DNA from: Candidatus Doudnabacteria bacterium
GTDB lineage: Bacteria > Patescibacteriota > Doudnabacteria > UBA920
Length of the DNA: 64,000 bases
Direction of reading: 5' to 3'
NCBI GenBank assembly: GCA_963837465.1
Contig: CAWINB010000001.1
Location: 629,646-693,645 of the forward strand
Under the pieces are notes generated by a model. It did no database searches and was not told where the DNA came from. It saw only the letters and a list, made by a program, of their open reading frames with translations. Of this stretch, positions 39,828 to 48,566 are shown one piece after another (position 1 is the stretch's first letter; each line of letters opens with the position of its first letter). A program made the position numbers and the translations under genes.

Positions 39828-41678
39828 ATGGAAGTAAAAAATTCCAATCTTAAATACAAAATCCAAAATATTCCCAAACTTCCCGGCGTTTACCAGTTTT
39901 TAAATAAAGATGGCGGGGTTATTTATGTTGGGAAGGCCAAAAATTTACGGTCGCGGGTTGGGCAGTATTTTGGCAGCCACGACAGCCGGCCGCAGTTGCC
40001 TTATTTAATGCGCGAGGCGGCGGATATAAATTACACTGTGGTTAACAACGAACTGGAAAGTTTGTTTTTGGAAAACACGCTCATTAAGCAATACCTGCCC
40101 AAATACAACATTAGCCTGCGCGACGATAAAAACTATGCTTTTATTAAAATAAGTTATTCAACGCAGATTCCTCAGATTGGCTACGCTAGGAAGATTGATG
40201 GCAAGTCAAACGTAAAAGGCCAATTGTCAAATGTTACCAAATATTTTGGACCATATAGCTCGGCCCACAAAATTCGCGATACGCTCCACACTATAAGAAA
40301 AATCTTTCCCTATTGCGCCTCCGAAAAAATCGGCAGCCGCCCCTGCTTTTACTATTACCTGCACCGCTGCCCGGGTGTTTGTATTGGCAAAATTACCTTA
40401 GATGAATATAAACTACAATTGGAAAAAATAGTAAAGTTTTTGCAGGGCGATATGGACGGGGTAACAGGGGAAATTAAAAAAGAAATGCAAAGAGCGGCCA
40501 AAAACAAAAAGTACGAAACCGCCGCGCGCCTGCGCGACCAGTTAAGGGGCCTGGAAATTTTGCGCGAAAGGCAAAACGTGATACTGCCCAAAAAAGTGGA
40601 TTGGGACCTGGTGTCGCTGGCCACGCAAAGCGGCTACGCCTGTATTAACCTGTTTAAAATTAGGGGCGGCAAAATGTTTGACAAGGAAAATTTTGTTTAC
40701 GAAATAAAATATGAATCTTCGGACGTTTATGGACAGGAAATAATACAAAGGTTTTTGGAACAATACTACCTGGAAACTTCCAGCTCGCCCAAATGCGTTT
40801 ACATCCAGTTGCCCGCGCGGGACAGTGAATTAATCAGCCACATTATTTTTTCGCGCTTCGGCAAAAAATCGGATGTTATAAATCCCCAAAAAGGCAAACC
40901 AAGGGACTTGGTTAAACTTGGGCAGGCCAACGCCGGGGAATATCTAAAAAAATGGCTTAGCGACAAAGCCGGCAATTTGGACAAAATTAACAACGCGTTG
41001 TTAAAGCTAAAAGAAACTTTAAATCTGCCGCGTATTCCCAAACGGATTGAATGCTACGATATTTCCAACACGCAGGGCACAAACGCCGTGGGCAGTATGG
41101 TAGTTTTTATAGAGGGTCTTCCGGCTAAAAGCCAATACCGCAAATTTAAAATAAAAACTAAACAAACACCCGACGATTTTGCCATGATGAAGGAGATGCT
41201 GTCGCGGAGACTGCGGAGAATAAAGAATAAGGAATTAGGAATTATGGAAAAGACCGCTTGGCCGCTGCCCGATCTTATTGTAATAGACGGAGGCAAAGGC
41301 CAGTTGGGAGCAGTGTCTTCCGTAATTCAAAATTCAAAATTCAAAATTCCCGCAATAGGATTGGCTAAGCGCATTGAGGAAATTTTTCTGCCCGGCAAGC
41401 CTGAGCCAATTATCCTGCCGCGCGACAATCCTGGCCTGCAGCTCCTGCAAAGACTGCGCGATGAAGCCCACCGTTTTGGCATAACTTTCCACCGAAGCCT
41501 GCGCTCCAGGCAAGCCGTAAAATCGGCCCTGGACGATATTTCGGGCATCGGCCCCAAAACCAAAAAACTCCTGAAACAAAGATTCGGCACTGTCTTTGAA
41601 ATTAAAAAAGCCGATGCCGAAGAGCTGGCAAAAGTTGTGGGAAAAAAACTAGCGCGGACCATAAAACAGAATCTGTAA
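39828..41678 (+). CDS. uvrC: Excinuclease ABC subunit C
   Basis: 616 aa. N-terminal GIY-YIG (GVYQFLNKDGGVIYVGKAKNLRSRV), UvrBC-interaction region, RNase-H-like endonuclease domain, and C-terminal HhH (ISGIGPKTKKLLKQRFG). Confidence 0.9.
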   Translation: MEVKNSNLKYKIQNIPKLPGVYQFLNKDGGVIYVGKAKNLRSRVGQYFGSHDSRPQLPYLMREAADINYTVVNNELESLFLENTLIKQYLPKYNISLRDDKNYAFIKISYSTQIPQIGYARKIDGKSNVKGQLSNVTKYFGPYSSAHKIRDTLHTIRKIFPYCASEKIGSRPCFYYYLHRCPGVCIGKITLDEYKLQLEKIVKFLQGDMDGVTGEIKKEMQRAAKNKKYETAARLRDQLRGLEILRERQNVILPKKVDWDLVSLATQSGYACINLFKIRGGKMFDKENFVYEIKYESSDVYGQEIIQRFLEQYYLETSSSPKCVYIQLPARDSELISHIIFSRFGKKSDVINPQKGKPRDLVKLGQANAGEYLKKWLSDKAGNLDKINNALLKLKETLNLPRIPKRIECYDISNTQGTNAVGSMVVFIEGLPAKSQYRKFKIKTKQTPDDFAMMKEMLSRRLRRIKNKELGIMEKTAWPLPDLIVIDGGKGQLGAVSSVIQNSKFKIPAIGLAKRIEEIFLPGKPEPIILPRDNPGLQLLQRLRDEAHRFGITFHRSLRSRQAVKSALDDISGIGPKTKKLLKQRFGTVFEIKKADAEELAKVVGKKLARTIKQNL

Positions 41679-41745
41679 AATTGCAGGCAGCGCAAAAACT
41701 GCCTACTGTTGATCCTGCCATGGTTTAAATTTCTCAGGCGCCCGA

Positions 41746-43185
41746 GAAGTAGTTTCTAATCAAGACATGGCCCCTATCCGCCAGCGGCCATTTTTTGATG
41801 TTCCTTAAGTTTAATGTTTTTAAATACTGCTGACTTTGCTTCCTGCATAAGTTTTGCCCATCCGTTATGGCTGTGGCCGGTGCTGATGTCATCCAGTTGT
41901 TTTTCCGTCCGTCCTGGGGCAAGGTAGCGTGTCCAATTATCCAGAGTCTTCAGTTTGGCATAGGGAGTTAAGTAAATATCATATTTTTTCTTTTCCTTGC
42001 CCTTATGGTCAACCGTGGTGGTGGCAAAGCCGCAGGGTCTGTGGAAGTTCAGGTAAGGGTTAAAAAACTTCTGGTAAAATTCGTTAATCTCCTGCGCGTA
42101 GGTTTTCGGGATATGAGTGTAGCCCATATACTTTCTGATGACACTGCCGTTCTTGCTTTCCACTAAGGCATTGTCATTGCAGTGCCTGCTTCGTGATTTT
42201 GTCTGTTTAATAACTAACCTTCTAAGAATATCAGCTACCGTGTAATTAATGTTCTCGCTACCGTTGTCAGAGTGGAAGTTAATTACTGTAAAGGGAAACA
42301 TTTGCTGCAACTGTTCAAATATGGGTTTTAAATGCAGCTCGGAAATCGTTTCCACACAGAAGACCATTTCCCATTGGGTGACTTCATCCACCAGGTTTAA
42401 GTGGTAAATACCTTTCTCATACTTGCCCAAAGCCAGCTTACGGTCGCCCTGATGCACGGTATCCACCCGCAGATAGCCCGGAATGCCCATATTGTCGGGT
42501 CTTCTTCTAATACCAATCGGGGTGCTTACTGGATCGGTTATGGTAAAGGTGGTGGAGTGGCTGGTGTAAATTCTTTTAACTCGCAGATTGTAGATATGGG
42601 AAACGGAAATATCTTTTAGTCTTTTAAACCGTTCGTCACCGAATATTTCATATTCAGCCATTAGGATCTGTTTGGTGGCATGGGCATTCATTCGTTGGTG
42701 CAGATTATCGGTTTCAGCCAGCAATAGTATTTCTGCCGGGCCATAAACAGTAACAAACCGGTTTTTCTTGCCCCAATTCGGGGACAAGGCCACTAACCCA
42801 CTTCCTCTCTTGTTGGTAATCAGTCGTTTTAGCTGTCTGCCCGACATGCCGGTCATCCGTTGGATATATTCCTTAATCTGCCCCTTGTCTTTTTTGCCTT
42901 TAAGCCGGACATAGCCAAACTTGTTTAAGACGTTGTTAATCCATTCATATTTCTCCTTTCTGGAAACTGAGGTAAAATTAATTGCTGTATTGACCTTTAG
43001 AAATTCCTTGATTTGAGCTATGCTCGTAACGCTTAAGTCTGTCATATCGATTGTCATCAAGTCAGTGTGGCAGGCTTATGCTCTTTGTACAGCTTCCGGG
43101 CAACCCTCCGGTTTCAGCAATTGGGGTACCGTCCTCCTTTAGAGGCTGTCTCAAAGATAGGGGCCATGTTCCATTGTATAAGACT
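41746..43185 (-). mobile_element. IS element copy 2 (1440 bp), inverted relative to copy 1
   Basis: Nucleotide-identical to 16891-18330 in reverse complement. The flanking sequence diverges immediately outside both ends. Confidence 0.8.
41774..43060 (-). CDS. DDE-type (rve) transposase, identical to 17016..18302
   Basis: The 428 aa protein is identical to the copy-1 transposase. Confidence 0.8.
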   Translation of the reverse strand: MMTIDMTDLSVTSIAQIKEFLKVNTAINFTSVSRKEKYEWINNVLNKFGYVRLKGKKDKGQIKEYIQRMTGMSGRQLKRLITNKRGSGLVALSPNWGKKNRFVTVYGPAEILLLAETDNLHQRMNAHATKQILMAEYEIFGDERFKRLKDISVSHIYNLRVKRIYTSHSTTFTITDPVSTPIGIRRRPDNMGIPGYLRVDTVHQGDRKLALGKYEKGIYHLNLVDEVTQWEMVFCVETISELHLKPIFEQLQQMFPFTVINFHSDNGSENINYTVADILRRLVIKQTKSRSRHCNDNALVESKNGSVIRKYMGYTHIPKTYAQEINEFYQKFFNPYLNFHRPCGFATTTVDHKGKEKKKYDIYLTPYAKLKTLDNWTRYLAPGRTEKQLDDISTGHSHNGWAKLMQEAKSAVFKNIKLKEHQKMAAGG

Positions 43186-43261
43186 CGAGATTGACACGCC
43201 GCCTGCTTTCCTTGTATAATGCACGAGCAAATTATTTATTTAATCGTTTTCCAATAATTTT

Positions 43262-43486
43262 ATGTTTTCCAGCCCAATTTTCAAATTTTTAAATATTATC
43301 GCCATGCTTTTGATGATTGTGGTAATTGCCATGCAGAACAAGTCTTCGGGCTTGTCCAATGTTTTTGGCGGCGGCGGCAATATTGTCCAAACGCGGCGGG
43401 GTTTTGAAAAATGGCTGTTTTACGCGACCATAGTTTTAGGCAGTTTATTTGTACTGATTAATATAGGCTTTCTGTTTTCAAAATAA
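43262..43486 (+). CDS. secG: Preprotein translocase subunit SecG-like
   Basis: 74 aa. Two TM helices separated by a Gly-rich loop, SGLSNVFGGGGN...RRGFEK, as in SecG. Confidence 0.55.
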   Translation: MFSSPIFKFLNIIAMLLMIVVIAMQNKSSGLSNVFGGGGNIVQTRRGFEKWLFYATIVLGSLFVLINIGFLFSK

Positions 43487-43673
43487 TAATTCTTAGGGAA
43501 TTGGGCAAAATTAAGTAAAAATAAATAAAATTAAGTAAAATTTGCCGCGTCGTTGCTGAAAATTTTATTTAATTATGGTCAATTTTATTTAATTTTATTT
43601 AATACCTTAATGAACGGTTTCTCCAACAATTTATTCTCCTCCGCCAAAAGCATCAACCTTAGGGCTCAGGGAG

Positions 43674-45366
43674 TTGCCAAACTTAAGCCTTTCCCGTTTG
43701 CGGAAAGTTTTTTCTTTAATGGGCAAACGGGAAAAAATCGCCCTGGCGCTTTTGGCCGCCGCGGCTTTGCTCAGCCTGCTGGTCTCGCTGAAGGATTTTT
43801 ACTACTCCCGCACAAGCCCCGCCCCGGCCAATGGCGGCAGTTACAGCGAAGGCCTGCTGGGACAGCCGACCTATATAAATCCCCTGCTGGATACAATGGA
43901 GCCCGACCTGTCGTTGACAAACCTGGTGTTTTCCGGCCTCTATAAATATGATACAAACGGACAACTGGCGCCCGACCTGGCCACAGCCATGCCCGCAAAT
44001 TTCCGCCGACCAAAAACAGTACACGGTCAGCATAAGACCGGGCGCCAAGTGGCAGGACGGGACGCCCATAACGGCCGACGACATAGTCTTTACCATCCAG
44101 ACCCTGCAGGACCCCAGCTTTAAAAGCCCGCTTAGGCCGCTGTGGCAATCCACCACCGTTACCAAGCTGTCGGATTACAGCGTTAAATTCACCACGGAAA
44201 ATATTTCCGGGCCGTTTATCCAAAACCTGACACTGCCCATTTTGCCGAAAGCCGTTTGGCAAAACGTCAGCGCGCAAAACTTTTTGCTCTCCAAATACAA
44301 CCTCGAGGCCATAGGCAGCGGCCCTTACTCCATTAAGGAAATAAAAAAACTGCCGAGCGGCAAGGTGGAACAAATTACTCTGGACGCCAACGACAACTAT
44401 TACCAAGGACGGCCTAAAATCAACCAGATAGTGTTTAAATTTTACGACACCGAGGACGATATGCTGAACGCCTTCCACAGCCGCGAAATTTCAGGCTTTG
44501 GCTTTGTCCCTTTAGGCAGTAGTTTATATTTGGATAAAAATCAGCCCGGAGCCAGTATCTACACCATTCCGCTGCCGCAATACCAGGTTGTGTTTTTTAA
44601 CCTCAACAACCCAATCTTAAGCGACCAGAATGTCAGGACGGCTCTGCTGCTCGCCACCGACAGACAGCAAATTATTAATGACGTGTTTAAGGGCAACGCT
44701 CTGTTGCCGGTTTCCCCTTTTGTGTTTAACGATCCCAGTCATCCATTTAATCTGCCTGACGTTACCGACTTAGGCAAAGCCGAAAGTCTGCTTAACTCGG
44801 ACGGCTGGAAAATCGACCCTAAAACCGGCTCGCGGTCCAATTCAAAGGGCCAAATCCTAAGCATGACCATTTCCACCAACGATACTCTGGTTAACGCCAA
44901 CGCGGCCCAGGACCTGGCCGACCAGTGGCGGCAGCTTGACATCCAGGTCAACCTAAGCGTTTTGCCGGCTCAGCAGTTAGCCAACGCGGTTATAAAACCG
45001 AGGGATTTTGATGTGCTGCTGTTTCCCCAAAAATTCGGCGCCGATCCCGATCCCTTTTTGTTCTGGCATTCCAGTCAGGTTAAAGACCCTGGCTTTAACC
45101 TGACTGGCTTTAGCGACCCTGCGGCCGACCAGCTGATTATTGACGCGCGAACCACCACCGACAAACAAAAACGTAGCATGGATTACCAGCAGTTTAACCA
45201 GCTTATTATTTCCAAAACCCCGGTTATTTTTCTGGACCAGACCGAATATATTTACGCGGTGGACAGCAGCGTAAAAAATATCAACATCCATTATCTTTAC
45301 GACCCCAGCCAGCGCTTTGAAGACATTGGCAGCTGGTATATGGAGGAGAAACGGATATGGAAATGA
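43674..45366 (+). pseudogene. ABC transporter substrate-binding protein, family 5 (peptide/nickel type), with a +1 frameshift near 44000
   Basis: ORF 43674..44123 gives a signal-anchor plus ...FSGLYKYDTNGQLAPDLATAMP. The protein continues in ORF 43948..45366 as ISADQKQYTVSIRPGAKWQDGTPITADDIVFT..., the classic SBP_bac_5 signature region. One extra nucleotide in gccatgcccGcaaatt would restore a single frame. Confidence 0.65.
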
Positions 45367-45546
45367 ATTAAAATAAAGTCGAAAGCCTTACAGGTCTAAC
45401 GGGCTTTACAACCCAAGTCCCCCGAGCGTATACTTTAACTTACAGTAAAAAAATTCCATAATATTGCTGTCGTTTTTATATTCTCGTCCAAAAATTCCCT
45501 GCTTAAAAAGAAAATTTATAATTGCCCAACAATTTATCAATTATCA

Positions 45547-45632
45547 GCCGAAGTGATGGAATGGCAGACATGCACGGTTCAGGGCCGTGTGACCGCAAGG
45601 TCATGAGGGTTCGACTCCCTCCTTCGGCACCA
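45547..45632 (+). tRNA. tRNA-Leu (anticodon CAG), type II with long variable arm
   Basis: Acceptor gccgaag/cttcggc; anticodon stem cacgg/ccgtg with loop ttCAGgg; variable arm tgaccgcaaggtcat; T-arm gaggg ttcgact ccctc; discriminator A and encoded CCA. Confidence 0.85.
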
Positions 45633-47127
45633 AGATATTACACAAGGGAATTTTTCCAACTTTTTCTAGGGCTGCCTTAAGGGCAGCCCATTGTGTTTGC
45701 GGGCTAAACTGCAACTGACGGTTTTTTAAAAACAGGTTCGAGCCGAAAATTTGTTGGGCAGCCGATTTTTTGGGGTGCAGTTCGGGCGAAAGCGTTATTT
45801 CGCCCAATTTTTCTGCGTCTTTGAGCCATTGCTTGTAGGGTTCGAGCCAAAAATTACTGCCTTGTTCAATTTTGGTCATTTGCTCCTCCAAAGATTTCTT
45901 TTGAGAGACAAGATTATTCTTGTCTGTACGATACTCTTCCTGTTCAATATCCTGATCCAGGTACATGTCTTTGAGTTTTTGGAGTCTCCTATCTATATCT
46001 GTTTTCTTTAACCCCAGATCTTGAACAAGGATCGTCGTGGTCTGGTTTGCTTCCTGGCTATCCTTTTCAGCCATGCTTAATAGCTCCTCAGCCCACTCCT
46101 TAGGCATGATAAAAGTTTTAAGGGTATTAGACAACTGACTGGCTAATTCCCCGTCTCGTATGAAAGGCTGCGAACAGACAGTACGCTTTTTAGTGCAGCG
46201 GTAATAGGTAAAGACCAGTCCGCTTTTCTTTATGTGGGTTTCGCCGGTAACATTGCGGCCGCACTCGCCGCAGCGCAAAAGTCCGGCTAAGGGCTTGCCC
46301 TCGGCTGGTCTCCTGATAGTTTTACCCCGCTGTTTTAAAACTTCTTGCACTTTATCAAAAAGCTGTTTGGAAATTAAAGACTCATGCTTACCCTGGAATA
46401 GTTCGCCGCCGTATCTGAACAGACCGCAATAAAAGGGATTGGAAAGGATATATTTGGCCTGGTCACGCTTAAATAATTTCCCGCCTTTACTGCCTCCCTT
46501 TTGAATTTGTTTGGTCATAATACCCCTTTCAAACAAAAATCCAGAGGTATTTTCAAGTGAACAAAGGCCTTGTGAATATCTCTCAAAAGCTTGTTTGATA
46601 ATTGGGCCTTTGTGTTGGTCAATAACTATAGATTTATTCCGTACATCATTTAAATAACCTAACGGAGCCAGCCCTGGATATTCTCCCCGCCTGGCTTTCT
46701 CCATAAGGCCACGTTTGGTGTTAACGCTTAAGTCCCTGATGTACTGGTTGGCTATGCCAAACTCCACGTTCATAAGCATGACGTTATCGGCAGAGCGGTA
46801 ACTTCTGTCATGGGTTTGGATATGCTGGATAGTGCCCTCTTGCAGTAGCCACTGGATTTGGGCGGCATCTACGGGATTACGGGCTAGCCTGTCCAGCTTC
46901 CAACAGATAATCCCGGTGGCTTCACCTTTCTGAATCCTGCTCGCCATGTCATTAAACACAGGGCGGCCAGGGCACTTAGCAGATTGCTTTTCCACGAATT
47001 CACAAACAACATTTAAGTTCTGCTCCTTGGCTAAGGAACGCAAAACGGCAAGTTGGTCTTCTATTGACCGAACTTGCTTATCTTCTACGTCAGTAGATTT
47101 ACGGACATACAGGAAATAATTTAGCAT
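45601..47127 (-). CDS. Large serine recombinase (resolvase/invertase N-domain plus recombinase domain plus zinc ribbon); its 3' end overlaps tRNA-Leu
   Basis: 508 aa. N-terminal YVRKSTDVEDKQVRSIEDQ contains the catalytic Ser. Also GIICWKLDRLARN, the recombinase domain, and the zinc ribbon CGECGRN...YYRC. The last 11 codons (...VPKEGVEPS*) are encoded by the tRNA-Leu 3' end. Confidence 0.85.
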   Translation of the reverse strand: MLNYFLYVRKSTDVEDKQVRSIEDQLAVLRSLAKEQNLNVVCEFVEKQSAKCPGRPVFNDMASRIQKGEATGIICWKLDRLARNPVDAAQIQWLLQEGTIQHIQTHDRSYRSADNVMLMNVEFGIANQYIRDLSVNTKRGLMEKARRGEYPGLAPLGYLNDVRNKSIVIDQHKGPIIKQAFERYSQGLCSLENTSGFLFERGIMTKQIQKGGSKGGKLFKRDQAKYILSNPFYCGLFRYGGELFQGKHESLISKQLFDKVQEVLKQRGKTIRRPAEGKPLAGLLRCGECGRNVTGETHIKKSGLVFTYYRCTKKRTVCSQPFIRDGELASQLSNTLKTFIMPKEWAEELLSMAEKDSQEANQTTTILVQDLGLKKTDIDRRLQKLKDMYLDQDIEQEEYRTDKNNLVSQKKSLEEQMTKIEQGSNFWLEPYKQWLKDAEKLGEITLSPELHPKKSAAQQIFGSNLFLKNRQLQFSPQTQWAALKAALEKVGKIPLCNILVPKEGVEPS

Positions 47128-47203
47128 AATCGTATAGATTAATAACTCTATATATAGTTATTATATAACATCTGTTATAATAAATGCAAATTCATACAAT
47201 TTT

Positions 47204-47410
47204 ATGATTGACATAGTAATTAAATTTGGCAAACGAGTTAAAGATATACGCCTGAAGAAACATTTATCCCAAGGTAAATTAGCAAAAATATTAGATGTTC
47301 ATCCCAGCTATATTAGCGGTATTGAACGTGGTTTGACGAATATGTCTTTAAAAAATATAGAGAAGATAGCAAAGTCTTTAAATGTTTCGGTAATCGATCT
47401 TCTAAAATAG
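47204..47410 (+). CDS. XRE-family helix-turn-helix transcriptional regulator
   Basis: 68 aa. LSQGKLAKILDVHPSYISGIERG is the canonical HTH_XRE motif. Confidence 0.7.
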   Translation: MIDIVIKFGKRVKDIRLKKHLSQGKLAKILDVHPSYISGIERGLTNMSLKNIEKIAKSLNVSVIDLLK

Positions 47411-47413
47411 TTT

Positions 47414-47980
47414 ATGATAAAGGCAATTATTTTTGATATTACTGGCGTATTATTCCCCGTTCAACCGTGGATAGGAGAGCGTCCATCACATGAAGAATTA
47501 TTAAAAATAAAACAAATTGCTACTGGTATTTATGATAAAGACAAAATGTCAAAAGAATACCTTAAAGAAAAAATCTTCCAAGCTAGCCGCCCACACAATG
47601 AATTAGAGGCTATATATAAAAGCTTAACTTTAATTGATGAGGATGTTTTCAATCTTATAAAAAAACTTTCGGAAAAATACTCTCTTTATTCCATAGCCAA
47701 TGAGGCGGAAAAATGGACAGATATTAGAAAAGATTTATATGGGTTTCAAAAGTACTTTAAAAAACTTTACATTTCAGTTGAAGTCGGAATGAGAAAACCC
47801 GAGGAAAGTATTTACAAATTACTTCTCAGCGAAACAGGACTGCTACCAGAAGAGTGTTTATTTATAGATGATAAAGCAATAAATGTTGAAGCGGCTCAAA
47901 AGCTTGGCTTTCAAGGATTTATATATAAAAATTTTAATAGCCTAAAGGAATATCTTATCAAAAACAATTTACTTGTTTAA
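47414..47980 (+). CDS. HAD-superfamily hydrolase
   Basis: 188 aa. N-terminal IIFDITGVL (the DxD/T motif variant) and C-terminal CLFIDDKAINVEAAQKLG (HAD motif IV). Confidence 0.65.
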   Translation: MIKAIIFDITGVLFPVQPWIGERPSHEELLKIKQIATGIYDKDKMSKEYLKEKIFQASRPHNELEAIYKSLTLIDEDVFNLIKKLSEKYSLYSIANEAEKWTDIRKDLYGFQKYFKKLYISVEVGMRKPEESIYKLLLSETGLLPEECLFIDDKAINVEAAQKLGFQGFIYKNFNSLKEYLIKNNLLV

Positions 47981-48052
47981 GTGTTTTATTGTCAATTGCG
48001 TTTGCGTTCTGCGCCCTGCGTCTCCCCAAAAAATCTTCCCTATCTCCGAACC

Positions 48053-48165
48053 TGTTTTTAAAAAACCGTCAGTTGCAGTTTAGCCCGCAAACACAATGGG
48101 CTGCCCTTAAGGCAGCCCTAGAAAAAGTTGGAAAAATTCCCTTGTGTAATATCTTGGTGAAGCTT
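48053..48165 (+). repeat. Inverted duplicate of the serine recombinase 3' terminal 110 bp (copy B)
   Basis: The reverse complement of 45628-45740 is identical, up to the shared cacca junction. It is annotated in the ORF track as the 71 aa ORF 47989..48204 ending ...KIPLCNILVKLYPDSRSHFIKNS. Confidence 0.8.
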
Positions 48166-48531
48166 TACCCTGACTCTCGATCTCATTTTATCAAAAACAG
48201 CTAACCTTGGCCACCCTAAACCTCCTTGCCCAAGGCTGTTTTTTGATTTAAAATTGAGGTGCCAACTGTATGAACGTCTGTACGAACACCATTCATACAC
48301 CAGAAGCACTAAAATCCTTAATTCCACTACCTCTCACTACTCCAAATATCCCTGACTACTATATATCACCAGATAATCTAACTGAACGACAAAATAGATA
48401 ATAATACTAAAAACAATAACTAAAATACTAATACTTAAAATACTTAAATACTAACTAAATACAAATATACTAAACTAACTTAAAACAAACCAAAAAAACA
48501 AAGTGAACAGAGAGGGGAAAATGGGGGGGGT
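48166..48531. repeat. Left arm of a long inverted repeat (about 370 bp) bounding the 48.2-61.2 kb block
   Basis: The reverse complement of 48166-48531 matches 60790-61174 almost base for base, apart from a few indels including a G8 versus C6 homopolymer. Confidence 0.85.
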
Positions 48532-48534
48532 GAG

Positions 48535-48566
48535 TTTTTTCCGCAAGCTAGAAGCTTGCGGAAAAA
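48535..48566. terminator. Perfect GC-rich hairpin flanked by T6 and A6 (bidirectional terminator-like) at the inner edge of the left repeat
   Basis: ttttttccgcaagct aga agcttgcggaaaaaa. Confidence 0.4.

Noticed and set aside
16891-43185. Interpreting the IS-bracketed 23 kb as a bona fide composite transposon
   Set aside because: The cargo includes essential or housekeeping genes (purA, uvrC), and flanking target-site duplications are not evident. An inversion substrate is the more conservative reading; it is kept as a finding but not called a transposon.
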